A stretch of 64,000 nt of DNA, from NCBI GenBank assembly GCA_002633005.1, contig NMRA01000010.1:1595001-1659000 (forward strand), given 5' to 3'. Positions 1 through 13,430 of this stretch are shown here, in pieces. This stretch comes from Phoronis australis (taxonomy: Eukaryota; Animalia; Phoronida). The translations under genes and the position numbers were made by a program. Within the stretch, counting starts at the first letter, position 1, and each line of letters begins with the position of its first letter. The notes below the pieces were generated by a model. The model had not been told where the DNA came from. It searched no databases and was given only the letters and a program-made list of their open reading frames with translations.

Positions 1-688
1 AAGGTGCCAGGGTGGGAGGTTATAAAATTTGAAAAGGTGGAGCGTTCAATACACAAATCTCTGTTGTTGCATTCTGAAAGTGGATAACTGTGTAGTTGCG
101 TTTCTCACTCATAATCAGTTGTTTATTGATGTCACCCCGTGTTTGTTTCTCTGATTGCCACCAAATGCCAACCTTTGTACATTAATTTTGATATTTAAAT
201 TGTTGGGGCACATGTTTTTTGTCACGTAGTTTTACTGTTTGTATACCTATTACTAGGACAAATTTGTTATGTAACAGATAAAATCGGCACACATAGCTTA
301 CGTGGGTTCTACACCTATTTATAAAATACATATTAAGCACTAACAGCTCTCAGTTCAGCATTATGCAAGTTCTAATTGAAGTAACTAAAATCACCTGTGT
401 TCCATCTTATGCATGCTCTTTAACTGTGGTTTCACTTGTACCCAGAGTCTCTGTGCGCAAATCATTGTAAAAAAATTATTTATAATGATTTTATATTGCA
501 TTTTTTCACTGTATTTTTACTTTTTCTGTCGTTAGCTTTGTTTTTCTTCTTAAGTATATTGTCTTTTTTAATTTATTGTAACTCCGTGGGCAGGTGTTAG
601 CGGCCCGTACACTGCCCGCGATGGCCACCCAGTCATATAGCAATGTATGTTAAACTTTTTATATCAATCTCTCTCTCACTCTTTGCAG

Positions 689-912
689 GATTTTTGGATT
701 ACATTTCTGGCAGGTCCGATGAAGAAGAGGCGAAATATAGTGTACCGTCTGCCTCGGACCTACATTTCCAGTTCTATGCTGAAAACGACCAAGACATCGA
801 CAGTGCTATATCTAGGATCAAAGAGTGCTGCAGAGAGGAAGCCACCGATGAAGTAATGGATGCAAATCAAAAGGAAGATTATGACGTCATTCGTATTCTG
901 ACTGATACAGAG
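689..912 (+). CDS. PARP14-like exon (pre-WWE region)
   Basis: ctttgcag|GA...GAG|gtaatt; FLDYISG...FQFYAENDQDIDSAISRIKECC; in phase with next exon. Confidence 0.75.
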
Positions 913-3900
913 GTAATTAAGCGGAATCCAACATAACATGAATCAACTGTTTTCAAGACCAATTCATGTTCCAGCAGTAACAAAACTAGGCACATGTTTT
1001 TCAAGTAACAATTCTTATCTGATGATATAATGTTGCCTTATTATTTTGGCGTTGATGGTGTCACATGAACCTTGACCTTGTTGCAGGTTAAAGCAATCGA
1101 ATCACTTGAACATCGGCACTTTGTTAAAATAGAGGTGGAGAAAAGTGCAAGGGTCAACCGCATTCGTATACGAGGAAGAACGGATAACGTTTTCAAAGTA
1201 AAGAATGAAGTTGTAAACATTTTACATTCCGCCAAGCAGCGGGCTATGTTGGAAGACCAAGCTGAAGTGCTAGGAAGTCATGTGCAATGGGTGCGCCAGG
1301 ATGAGGGTATGTATGTGTTGCCTGTCAGTGAAGTTTCCTTCCATTACTGTGCACGAATGCTTATCCAACGGGACGGGTGTGTATACACGACATCGATAAC
1401 AGTTGGGTGAATTGCAGAATACATTGTTTGGTAGGTATCTGTCTATAAAGCAGAACACTTGTAGATAAGATCCTACATATCCTTACAGTTGTTGATGTTG
1501 TTCTCACTAAATAAATGATAACATGGTTACAGATTCTTGGGAACCATATTCGAAGGTAGTAAATCTGGCTATTGAACAGGCGTTCTTAAAGGAGGAAAAG
1601 TTTGTGTGTTTTGAAGACGAAGACGTTAAATGTACAATTGATTTTGACAAAATGGAAGAACGTGAAGTTGATGACAACACATCCGTGTCAAAAGTCAAAA
1701 GAGTCACAACAGGTGAGTGCTGAAATATATACCCACACCAATCACTTTTAAGACACATTGAAAGGAAAATTCAGGGAATTCTGGACGTTTTAGCTGATCA
1801 GATGTAATTGTTACGTTATGGTCAGTAGTAACTAAAGATGTCGCTACCAGTGTCTTAGTATTGTAGGCATGTTCTGTTACCTACTTCCGGTCCCGGTGGA
1901 TGTTTCATGTACTCTCAATATATATGCCTTAGTCACAATCGTATCGATCTTCATCTTTGGTCCGAGACCAGCATAGAAACATAACATGGTGGCAGTGGCA
2001 CGAGACGAGCCCACACCTGACGCGGAGACCACCATTTCAACACTGCATTGTGGTTTTTGCAATTTTTTTCACCCTAAATAAACATTGCCATACCGGTGAG
2101 TTTTTTCCAATTTACTTTACAATACCCCAACGCCACACCGCCACGATGTCAGACGGAGAAGACAACCCTCAACCAACGCTCCACAACCCCAATTTACTTG
2201 GGGTGAAACCACCCTCCTTTCATTGGAAAATTGACAACTTACCCAAAACGTTCCGAAATTTTAAGAGGTATTGCAACCTGGTTCTCAGCACTCCTGCATA
2301 CACCAGCCAATCACCAGCGACTAAAGTGAGCTATATACTCTGATGGCTGGGCCCCAAAGCCTCGAAATTTTTTATTCCTGGTCCCTCACGCCCACACAGC
2401 GAGATGACCCGACAACAGTTTGAGATCGCTTCGAGAAGTATTTTGAGCCAAAAGCAAGTTTTCGTCTTTGCCGTTTTCAACTTAGATGACACACAAGACA
2501 GCAACGAATCTATCGACGACTTCTTTACGCGTCTTCGACTCCTCGCGGAGAAATGCAACTTCGGCAACCCAGTTGCTACAGACGATGCAATACTTGATCA
2601 AATTATGCAAGGGGCAAACTCACAACAAGTTCAGAAACTACTCGAACAAGACCCGCACAAACTCAAGCTGAAACATGGTCTTGATATCGCCCGTACGTAT
2701 GAATGCACTCAAGCACAACTGCAACAAATCGGTCGTCCGACCACGGAAATCCATGCAATCAAAAGACATACAAGGCGTGAGCTCTGCAAAACGTTACACA
2801 GATAGAAAACCCACACCCAGTGACACATGTGGAAACTGTGGAAAAGAGCGGCATAGATATCGCAGCCATTTTCCGGCTAAGGGACAAACCTTCCACCGAT
2901 GTGGAAAGGTGGGACACTGTCTCGCTCATCAGGCAACCCGGTTACAAGGCCCAAGGCTTACCCACCACCCAACACTCAGCGATTCCACGCTACTTCTCAT
3001 GTACCCAACATTGACGAAAACTCTTTTGAAAACTTAGTCTTCGACTCTATCGGTCCTGATGCCAAACAAGAGGATTTTGCTAATATTAACATTTGGCACG
3101 AACAGCGTCAACAAGGTACCCTCAGAGGCAAGGTGGTTACTGGCGCTAGTGGTAACCTCCTCCCACTCAAAACCTACCGTCGCATGTTCCCAAACCACCC
3201 GACATCGAATGGCAAACCGTAACCCTGACATCACCGTCAACCTCTCGCCTATACTTATATGGTGGCTCACACATTACCAATCTGGGAAAGCTCACATTAA
3301 AATGCCAATGGGTCCAGAGCAAATGGATGGATGTTGAGTTTATGGTTATAGATGCTGATGGGGTTGTCCTGTTTGGCCGCACGATGTGCAACCTCCTGGG
3401 TCTTGTGACAATCCACTGTTCAATTGAACAATCAGTCTCCAGGCAACCTAACACTCAAGTCAGCTCAACTGTAGACCTCCTCGCCTCATTCCCAGACCAA
3501 CTTAAAGGCATCGGAAAATTCCCAGGGGTCAAGACGCTGACACTAAAAAAGGACCAAGAGCCCGGTTCGTCACGCCCCAAGAAAAGCACCGATCCACCTA
3601 CGTGATAAGATTCGGACTGAGCTCAAAGGCATGCAAGACCTCGGTGTGATTCGGCCAGTCGACATTCCTACAGACTGGGTTCCAGTGCCATATATGTCGA
3701 AAAGAAGAGCGGAGACCTGAGAATCTGCCTCGACCCTCGGGATCTCAACCGCGCCCTAAAACGTGGACAGCTCCACACGCCTACTGTTGAAGAAGTCACC
3801 CATTTCTTCAACGGCGCGACCGTTTTCAGTAAGCTCGATCTCAAGTCTGGTTACTGGGCTATACAGCTCGACGAACCCAACCAATATCTTACCACGTTCA

Positions 3901-6900
3901 ACACGCCCTTCGGCAGATACTGTTACTGTCGCCTGCCCATGGGCATTGTGGTTTCCCAAGACGTTTTTCAGAAGGCGATGGATGACAACCTACAGGGGCT
4001 ACCCGGTGTCATATCCATTGCTGATGATATCACAGTTTTTGGCAAGGATAAACACGAGCGTGACCTTAACCTTCTATGCCTCATGAATAGAGCCAAAGAG
4101 AAGGCATGGTCTTCAACAAGGACAAATGCATCATCGGCGCACACGAAATAGAATTCTTTGGGCAAATCTATGACCACACAGGAGTACGCCCCAACCCATC
4201 AAAGATACATGCAATATACGACATACAGGCACCATCCAACGCGCAGGAGCATCGATCTTTCCTTGGCATGATTACATACATATCTCCATTTATACCAAAT
4301 CTCAGTGAAACCTCTGCCCCTCTAGGAGCTCTACTGCGAAAAGACTCTGATTTCCAATGGCAACATGAACAGCAGACCGCATTTGACAATCTCAAGAAAA
4401 CCATCAATGAAGCAAGCTATCTAAACTATTTTGACCCAAAGATCCCAGCAGTCGTGCAGGTCGACGCATCTCAGTCCGCCCTAGGCACGGCATTGACACA
4501 AAATGGTCGACCCATCGCCTTTGCCTCTAAGATGCTCACAGACGCAGAGAGTCGTTACGCTAACATCGAGCGAGAACTATATACTCGCATTTGTTTTCGG
4601 CGCAGAACGTTTCCATACATTCCTTTTTGGCCAACCATTCCTTATAGAAAGTGACCACAAGCCACTGGAAATGATTGTGGCCAAGCCCCTGCACAAAGCG
4701 CCTGCCAGACTGCAGCACATGCTTTTGCGTTTACAAAAATATGACTATCAGATCAAATACAAGCCAGGACCCGAGATGGCCCTTGCCGACGGATTGTCGC
4801 GAGTCTTTACTGCCAATACCCACAAGGAAATTCCACTTGAACTCAGTGTGAACTTTGTACAGTTTTCCACCGAACGGTTACAAGAACTAAACAGAAACCA
4901 CATTAAGCCTGCTGCAGATTCCATGTTGCTCAAAAGAGCTCAACCATTCAATCAAATTTTTGCAAATTTGACGTCCTGAAATCAAAACACCGATTCCTCA
5001 GTCACTGCACTACAACTATGCTACAAAAAGCCATCATTATGAAGAAAAGCAAAATATGCAGGGGAACTAGTGGACTTTTCTCAAGATGCACATCATGTTC
5101 ACAGGGACAAGTGAAACATACTTACTTGAACCCCCCCCCCGCCCAAACTGACGGAAGTTTGGTCTTGTGGTTTGTGGCTGAACTGTGTGAGAAGTTTTAC
5201 ACAAATGAGCAAGGTACACACTAGCTACTCGTTGGGTCAAAAGAGTGGTAATATGGTGTCCATCGGATCTTCTGCCAACATAGCTTTAATTTTCCCTTAT
5301 GCCAATGTGGAACTAACTGATTGTTTCTCTGAACAATTAAGAGACTGACAGTATGTAAAAACAGCTTTTCCTATTGTACATGTATGTACATGTATTGTTA
5401 TTACATTTAACAGGAGGTAGTGATGAAATTCCATCCTCTTGGGATCCAATGACCAGCAACCTCTTGCTTGTTGATTTGCCCCCAACTTCTGCAGAATTCC
5501 TCAAAGTTTCTGGGGAATTCACCCAAACCCAGCCATCTACTATAATTAAGGTAAGTTGACCATTCGAAAGTTCACAACAACAAATGCGAGAATCATCTTC
5601 CAATGGTCCTAGGTCTGGAGATTTGAGGTGAAAATAACGGCCCCAGAAACAGTGATCTTACACATTGAGCTCGAGTGACAAAAATGTGACTGCTTTTCAG
5701 TTTTCAACATTTTATGTCGATTAATGGTTTCTCTGACTTGCAGACATGTCTCAACTCCTACTTTGAGCATTAGTCCCGATTCAAAGGAGAGGTTATTGTT
5801 GAGATTACTTCGGTGGGTAACCACTGAGTGCCACAAGCACCAACGACTCTACATTTACCTCTGACTCTTTTAAGTCATCAAGCAGGGTTCTTAGCTTAGG
5901 GTTCCATACTTGCAAGACTTGATAGGAATAGATTGCGTCATTTTGCAGTTGCGTGTTTTATTTATGAAAATACAATAATATTTAACTATTGAAACAACCA
6001 CGCACACTCACACACTCACACACGCACACATTCATACTTCAAGGTGAACATGATTTGAATTTTTTACTATTACTTCAAATGGTTGCTTAGCGTTTCCCAA
6101 GACAGTATAGAGGGGTTCCACATTTCTCAAAAGGAAACTATTTCTGATTGCACTATAGTTACAAAGAGAATATTTAAATCCTGTGTAGGTGAGTGTAGTT
6201 TGGTCCATAGGATACTAAGTAAAGTATTGACTCATGGCCTATCTGTTAGGAATGGATTGCAGCTGGTGGTTATAGTCTTTTGAGCAGATTTTTTCTTGTT
6301 TTCTTTATGAAATTCAAGCATTCACTAAAGTGGAATCAGGTGGTTTCAATGTAATATTATGAGAGTTACATGAATGCTCTCTTATACAGGACTCTTTGTT
6401 GAAATTTTACGTACATGAACGGGTCTTAAAGTGGCGAATTAAAGCAATATTGAACGTGAGCTTTCTGTCAAAAAGGTTTTGAATACAGCCACATGCTGTA
6501 ATAAAATTGTTCTCACGCTTACGCTTATGTAGTAAACGCTTCTCCTTACTTTGTTTAGAAGTGATATCAGGGTTTGGGAAGATCTGACAGAAATTGTAAG
6601 CTATCAGTTCTACCCTGGCCCGCTCATCATTACGCGTTGGAGACCTTTTTATTGCGCTTGCTGATTTTATGACCGAAAGCATGGGTGGATTTATTGCCAC
6701 TTTAAACTAGAGCTGTATCATAGCGGAAGATGAAGGGTCACCAAATGATTGCAAGGATCTTGTCAGTAAGGCTATTAAAACTTAATAGGGTGTGCCAAAT
6801 TGTTTAAGAAACTGTTCACAAGTACCAGAAAATGAAGCTTCTGAGCACTACAAGAAAAAATCCAAGAGACAGATGTTGAATCCCCACTGTGCAACCTTTT

Positions 6901-9529
6901 TCTTATAGCCTTCACATTCTCCAAAGAATGAGCACTTCGCATACAACTGCTGTGTCTACTGTTGAAATCAAACAGAATATCGAAGTCAGTGCAGGCAACA
7001 GAAACAGTTATTTAATTGTTCTATGCCTTTGCACACCATCTTTCTCGATATCAGCGCTGTGTTTTGTGCTTAAGTTGAATTAATTTTGTTTACATTATAT
7101 GGGTCCACTGGTTGTGGATTTCGTAGCTTTTTTTGCTTAAAAGCATTGCAAAACAAACACTGGGATTCCTAGGATAAGAAAAATGTCATCAGCTGGTAGT
7201 CGTATATTTTTTTCTAGCACTTTTAGTTCAGTATGTTTGTTGTCCACTGATCTTGGAAGGGAAGATGTTGCCTTCTCAATATACGACCCAATAACATGCA
7301 AATCTTTTTTTTGTTCCTGCAATAGAATTAATTTTGTAGTTTTATGGTTTCTGAGTGTTCATTTGAAGGTTAATTGTCTAGATTTTCCTTTAACAAAATG
7401 AACAAAATTGATTTATTTGTGTCCCTGAGAAATCCATTTGGAAAATTGAAATGTTATTGGGTAGATTACTCTGAAGAAAATTAACCTCATCTGTTGAGTA
7501 TTATCCAAAGCTACGGCTAAAGATAACAGTTGTAATACTAGTACATTCCTGTACACTGCAGTCCTATATCCACTAAAGTTAACAGTAAGACTAGTACATT
7601 CCTGTACACTACAGTCCTGTATCCACTAAAGATAACAATAATACTATGACCTTCCTGTACACTACAGTACTGTATCCACTAACGATAACAGTAATACTAG
7701 TACATTCCTGTACACTACAGTCCTGTATCCACTAAAGATAACAGTAATACTAGTACATTCCTGTACACTACAATCCTCTATCCACTAAAGATAACTGTAA
7801 TGCTATGACATTCCTGTACACTACAGTTCTATATCCACTAAAGATAACAGTAATACTAGTACATTCCTGTACACTACAATCCTCTATCCACTAAAGATAA
7901 CTGTAATGCTATGACATTCCTGTACACTACAGTTCTGTATCCACTAAAGATAACAGTAATACTAATACATTCCTGTACACTACAGTCCTGTATCCACTAA
8001 AGATAACAGTAATACTAATACATTCCTGTACATTACAGTCCTGTGTCCACTAAAGATAACTGTAATACTATGACATTTCCTGTACACTGCAGTCCTGTAT
8101 CCCCTAAAGATAATTGTAATACTAGTACATTCCTGTACATTACAGTCCTGTATCCACTAAACATAACAGTAATGCTAGTACATTCCTGTACACTACAGTT
8201 CTGTATCCACTAAAGATAACAGTAATAGTAAGACTTTCTTGTAAACTGCAGTCCTGTATCCAATAACGATTACTGTAATGTAGGACCTTCCTGTACATTA
8301 CTGTATCCACTGATGGGTATCTCACCAGAAAGTAAAGATAGACTACAGAGGAAGTTTCGTCGTATCATTTGAGTAAAATAAATTTTGATTTTACTAGTCT
8401 GTGTTCAAATTGTTTATATGATGTTCGTAATTAATACTGTAACTTTTTAATTGTGTACTGAATGTCTCTGAATTATCGCTTATTAAAGAATAGTTGTGAC
8501 TCATGAAATCGTCTGTTCTTGCAGATTCAGCGCATTCAGAATAAGCGACTGTGGAAAACCTATGTCAACCACAAACAGCACATGGACTCTACAAATCCAC
8601 AGGGAACACAAAATGAGAGGGTGCTATACCATGGGACCAGTGCCGACACTGTTGATAAGATCAATGATCGAGGGTTCAACAGGAGCTTTTGTGGAAAGAA
8701 CGGTAATTTCCTTTTACATGTCTTCTTAAAGTAGTATGCCGCGTCATCTTGGAAGACCACAAAATTAATTCTTAACTTAATATAGAACGCAACAATTTTG
8801 TGATGTAACATTTGGGCTTGTGGTCCAATGTTTGCACTCGAGCTTGAACTCAGATTCTTTTTAATGTTTCCCGTTCTCTTATAGTGCGGGGTGCATTATT
8901 ATGCACTCGATGACCCCAGAATTAAAGTTATCAGTTTGAACCTGAACGTGAGTTTTGATTTTTTTCTGGAAATCTCGAGTTTGTAGCTTGAACCTAGGAG
9001 ACATCAAGTGCGAACTAGAATTCGATGGTCGTCCAACAAACTATGGTGCACTCTAGCACAGAGTAACTGACACATATTATGTGCTCTCACGAAAATATTA
9101 TAGAATGAAAAGTGTCAAAAACTAATTTCGAGGTTGATTTTGAAGACAAAAATTATGGACCTCAGGTCCTGATCTTTGAAATCCTCAAAAAAACTACACC
9201 TGAAAGTGTCGTCCTGCAATTCCCTCATAACTTCTTTATAATTATTTTCAGCCATTGTGTACGGATCCGGGGTATATTTCGCAGTGCACGCAAACTATTC
9301 AGCTCGCAATCCATATGCCCAACCCGACGCCAGTGGACAGCGACATGTGTACCAATGTAAAGTGCTTACTGGCGAATTTACCGTGGGAAATAGTAGCATG
9401 AAAGAGCCTCCTGCTAAGAATGGAACTGACCTTTACGACTCGACGTGTGACAATCCAGCAAGCCCTGGTATTTTTGTTGTATTTCATGACAATGCCGCGT
9501 ACCCTGAATATCTCATTGTCTTTATGTAG
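689..9529 (+). CDS. PARP14: PARP14/15-like (macro-PARP family) mono-ADP-ribosyltransferase, 3' six exons (5' part upstream of window)
   Basis: Exons 689-912, 1087-1306, 1533-1712, 5414-5550, 8525-8702, 9252-9529 have AG/GT boundaries with matching phases and give about 405 open codons: KH-like segment, WWE (VQW...WEPY...IEQAF), ART domain (IPSSWDPM, IQRIQN, LYHGT, GFNRSFCGKNA.VYGSGVYFA, VLTGEFTVG, IFVVFHDNAAYPEYLI). Exact paralog uncertain. Confidence 0.88.
1087..1306 (+). CDS. PARP14-like exon (KH-like fold, start of WWE)
   Basis: ttgcag|GTT...GAGG|gtatgt; RIRIRGRTDNVFKVKNEVVNIL...VQW. Confidence 0.85.
1533..1712 (+). CDS. PARP14-like exon (WWE domain)
   Basis: ttacag|AT...ACAG|gtgagt; WEPYSKVVNLAIEQAF...IDFDKM. 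Confidence 0.88.
1809..1986 (+). repeat. 5' LTR of gypsy element (178 bp)
   Basis: Begins TGTTA, ends TAACA (inverted termini), immediately followed by PBS. Confidence 0.7.
1987..1998 (+). promoter_or_regulatory. Primer-binding site (tRNA-Leu-like)
   Basis: TGGTGGCAGTGG directly after LTR, complementary to the ...CCACTGCCA-CCA 3' end typical of tRNA-Leu. Confidence 0.65.
5414..5550 (+). CDS. PARP14-like exon (start of ART domain)
   Basis: ttaacag|GA...AAG|gtaagt; EIPSSWDPM...VDLPPTSAEFLKVSGEF. Confidence 0.88.
7519..8310. repeat. 53-bp minisatellite, about 15 copies
   Basis: Unit GATAACAGTAATACTAGTACATTCCTGTACACTACAGTCCTGTATCCACTAAA (e.g. starts 7684, 7737), head-to-tail with no spacers. 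Confidence 0.95.
8525..8702 (+). CDS. PARP14-like exon (catalytic His, YHGT)
   Basis: ttgcag|ATT...AACG|gtaatt; IQRIQNKRLW...ERVLYHGT...GFNRSFCGKN. Confidence 0.92.
8815..9165. mobile_element. Diverged copy of Harbinger-like MITE family
   Basis: Shares ACTCGA/AACTTGAAC/ATGACCC/GAACTAGAA motifs with the 53610-54007 element. Confidence 0.45.
9252..9529 (+). CDS. PARP14-like terminal exon
   Basis: ttttcag|CC; YGSGVYFA...YPEYLIVFM*; AATAAA near 9940. Confidence 0.93.
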
Positions 9530-12500
9530 CCACATAATTACAAAAATGTGAGTTGATTTTGGAACCCAGTTTCTTTTTAGAAAAGTTGCTCTCTGATTAG
9601 GTGTTATTTTTGGCAATATGAACCTCGTGAACTCAAGGTAGATAGCTAGATATTGAGCCATTCCATAACAAATTACAATTATACTACTAAGTTGACTTTA
9701 CAATGAAGACTGGGAGACTAACAAAAAGGTTTTGGGAGGCGCTTGTATGAAAGGCACCTATGAGACTAGTTACATTACTTGTACAAAAGAGCAGTACTTC
9801 TAAAACGAAAATAGAGAAGGGGAACAAAGAGGAAAACATTGCAAAAATACAAAGAAGAGAGCATTGTTTTTACCAAAACCCATCTTTGAAACTAAACCAA
9901 TTACTTAAAACAACACTATCTACTAAAACTAAGACAGATAATAAAAAATGAATAGAATACTAAGAGAGCATTGTAGAGTCTAACTTGTTTGTAGTATTAG
10001 GTATTTTTAGACTGCTATATTGCTTTCAATTGTGTGTTTAATGATTTGTTCCTTGTAGTGCAATAGTGCAATATATACTTGTCCGACATCCAGTGTCAGA
10101 GACCTGGTAACTACTCTCACCATGACAAGCCTTCAGAAAGTACAGGCATGTTTGCGCTTCTTGAACTTGTATGTGGAGATCCCTAAACTAATGGAGTAGA
10201 AATGTAACAAGCAGTCAGCAAGTCAAAGTGTTTCTGTTGCCATTTAAAGTTGTTCTGATTTATCCTAATAATCGTTCACCATTTTACAAAAATGAAAGAC
10301 TCAAGTGTAAATTGTGTTGAACTTTCTTGCTAAAAAACATGGTGAGGTTTATTGTCTAGAAAGTTTAGGCTTAAAACTTGTAAATTAGGCCCGAGTGGTA
10401 TGCACTCTTTCTGACCAGGTAGTAGATCACAAACCTAAAGCTGCATTTTGACTGGTCTAGCTGACTAAAATTAAAAATCGAATTACGCCTTTTACCTTGA
10501 ATTGGTAAACTTGGTCTCGTAATATTCTCTCCCCCCCCTTCCTTCCCCCCACTCTGTGTATTTGTGGGTGTGTGAGTGTGTGTGTTTCAATGCAATTCAT
10601 AATATATCTAAAGTGACTGGTCTATTAAATGTTGTTTGCCTGATCTCGTCTGAATTTCAAGAGTATGGAGTGTGACATACTTCTTGAAATGGCACTCTGC
10701 GTTGCATCAAAAGTTAAAACTAAGTTCTAACTGGAATATAACGAGTTAGTCACGAACCGAGTTTGTCTGCACAAAAATTCGCAAAAACTCCACTTGAGTC
10801 AAAGTCATGTAAACTTATGCACAAAATCTTGCCTCACTAAAAATTTTGAGATTTCACTGTTGTGCAAAAGTGACAAGAGAGAGAAAGAGAGATACAATAA
10901 CCAATATCAGTCAAAACTTTATTGATATTTAGTAAGACTGTTATTCTAATAATCAACTTCATACGTGAGAGCGGAAGGCATTTAAGTGAAGATATAGTTA
11001 GGCGACTGCTTCAGCCAGCTAAGCAAGCTCGAAAGTCGATAACAAGGGTTTTTCGTAAGGATCACGGGATGCCATTTCAACATGTTCTTGAATAAGATTG
11101 CGACACAGGTAAAAGACTGAAAAATGCTTTAATTTACGGAGTGTATCAACGTGAGAATGAATTTTAATTGTAAGGTTAGAATAATAAATCTCTACGTGTT
11201 CAATGAAACTTGGATGTTTTTATTGCAGTGAAAAAACTGTGCTGGGGGTGGCCCAAGACATGTACCCAACAACACTGCCTCAGTAAAGAAGTCCATGTGC
11301 ATTGTGTACTCATTTGGACTTTTTAGGATCCATGCACCTACGTGTATGTAACCAAAAAAATGCATTTCCAAAAAAAATGTTCATTTGTTTCACACAATAG
11401 TCAGGTGCACCTCAGCCTCATTTAATGGCTAAGGCAGCAATTCACAACTCCTCAAATGGGATATATTTTGCGCATCTTTTGTCGATTATTTTGAACTGAA
11501 TACTCTGTTGCTTTCTTTGTGATAACTCGGCCTGTTTTTAAAAGCTTGCTCGTATGTTTGTGCTCATCCCAGGGGCATCACTCACATGAGCAGTTTTTTA
11601 TGGCCAGTTTGTGAACGTGAGAGGGAGATTTTTGCCAAAAACTGCGAACGGAAAGGTGTATTTTCCTTTGATTTTCTACAAAAGGGTTATTTTATTGGGA
11701 CTTTGAAACTCTACAAAAGGATTTGTTTTCTCGCTTTAAAAAATTTCAAAGCAGTTTTAATGTTTTCTACATCTTAAGAAAGCTCAATTTCAACACCATG
11801 GTATGTCTTCTTGTAGCCTTTCAAGGTTATCAGACACCTCTCCAAGAATACCCACAGTTAGGTTTGGTAGTGTTTTTGTAGAAAATCCCTAGTACGAAAG
11901 GGTGACTATTTGTGGGAGTTCCCTGCAAATGGCTCTCTGTTTGAGTCAACGAGTAACCCTGATTTGACTCAATGGACACTTGTTTCAATGGCTTAGTGAT
12001 TCAGCTCTATAATCCACATGGGTCCGAGCACAACTTATAGTTGCTTTTGGGGATGCTTGGAGCTTTAAAGGGTGCTTAACTGTCTGAGCTAGTGAGGAGC
12101 TCCTTGTTGCGTTCAGCGCCACGTAAGTCACGGCTGCTATCTATCTCAAAAATTTGCCACAAAACTTCTATCTTTATATTTTAACATGGGGTGCCTGAAA
12201 AAAATGACTGGTCTTGATTTTCTACGACTGGGTTTTTGGTCTACACGTAAATGGGTTTAGCTAATTTTTTCTGAACTTGGAAAACTGCACTTTTGAAGAA
12301 AAAACACTATCACGTGACTACAAAAAGTAAGCACGATTTTTGTGCACACTGAAGGTTTCAGTAATCAGTATCTGAAAATATATGGTTTCAAGGGTTGATG
12401 ATTTGTATATTAAAGGATGTTTCAAGAAGAGTGACCCTTGGTAGCGAAGGTATCCAATTACCCCATACCTAAATTTCATGAAATCCATTGGTGAGCTCCG

Positions 12501-13264
12501 AAAATACAGTGGCAAACAGAGGAGACCAAAAATTACCAGGACGCACTGCGAAAATCCGATCCATCCACAACCAACAGCACACACAAAATTTCATAAAGGT
12601 CCAGCATATATAGTTACGATCACGGACACACTAATAACTGAATTCCCACCACGGGGCACCAGTGACTGGACCTCCAAAAATCAACGTCGGTCATTGTCCT
12701 GTCTGCAGGAACGTAATACACAAATCCATGCAGCCCCTTCTATAGATAGTGAATGGGAAGCCAAACATGGACTCGAAAATATTTGTAAAGATGGCCAAGA
12801 AATAGCACAGAACACGTCAAATGCATCCAAAGTCACATGGCATATTGAAAATATGTCAAGGGACTCTAAAGATGCATAAGGCAAACATAAACAGTGTAAT
12901 TGCCACTAAAAACTCATCATCAGTCGTCAGCTTCACAGGAATACATCTGTTGAATTTCATTAAGGCCATGCTTAGAAGATACAGCAAGACACGCCAGATG
13001 CTCAGAGAGATATGATGGCAATATGCCCTCGCGTATATGCGGGGGCGGAAAACGAACACTAGGCAATTGAAATATGTCTCAGCCAATCTGAGGCTGTCTT
13101 GCATGGCAGAATTTGAAATTGAAACAACACTATTAATTGTACGTTACATGTTTGCTATTACAATCCTTAAGGTACCCGCAGCAGTACAGATATCTTCAAT
13201 CCTCAGCACCATACGTCCTAAATTCATTTCCATTACCTAAGCAGTATTGAAGTTCAGTGTCAAT

Positions 13265-13430
13265 TCAGACAACATTTTCTGGCATGACTGACACTAGAAG
13301 TCTCTGATGTGCCCGCAACACAGTCACTGTCAATTTTTCGCTGGACTCCGTAGCATTGTACACGTCATTGGCTGATGTAACTTGGCTTCCATTTATATCA
13401 ACAATGACATCGCCTGGTCGGATTCCGGCA
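13265..13430 (-). CDS. HTRA2: HTRA2 exon 7 (PDZ C-terminus)
   Basis: [24 protein letters not shown]...VTVLR...MPENVV*. Confidence 0.92.

Larger units (their letters stand above)
1809..4890 (+). mobile_element. Ty3/gypsy LTR retrotransposon (Mag-like), degenerate and 3'-truncated
   Basis: Gag from ATG 2146 with zinc-knuckle remnant CGNCGK..H...PAKG...CGKVGH, protease remnant (VTGASGNLL), RT (TTFNTPFGRYCYCRLPMGI, IADDITVFG), RNase H (QVDASQSALG, SDHKPLE, LQKYDYQIKYKPG..M.LADGLSR); multiple frameshifts/stops; no integrase or 3' LTR seen. Confidence 0.92.

Noticed and set aside
584-632. GC-rich hairpin resembling a Helitron 3' end or terminator
   Set aside because: No matching 5' end or CTRR terminus could be established.
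7519-8310. Possible CRISPR array
   Set aside because: Contiguous 53-bp units without unique spacers; eukaryotic intron; no cas genes.
12478-13240. 133-aa ORF and neighbouring ORFs between PARP and HTRA2
   Set aside because: Starts inside a HINE-like repeat remnant (AAATTTCATGAAATCC); frames are broken and no domain is recognisable.
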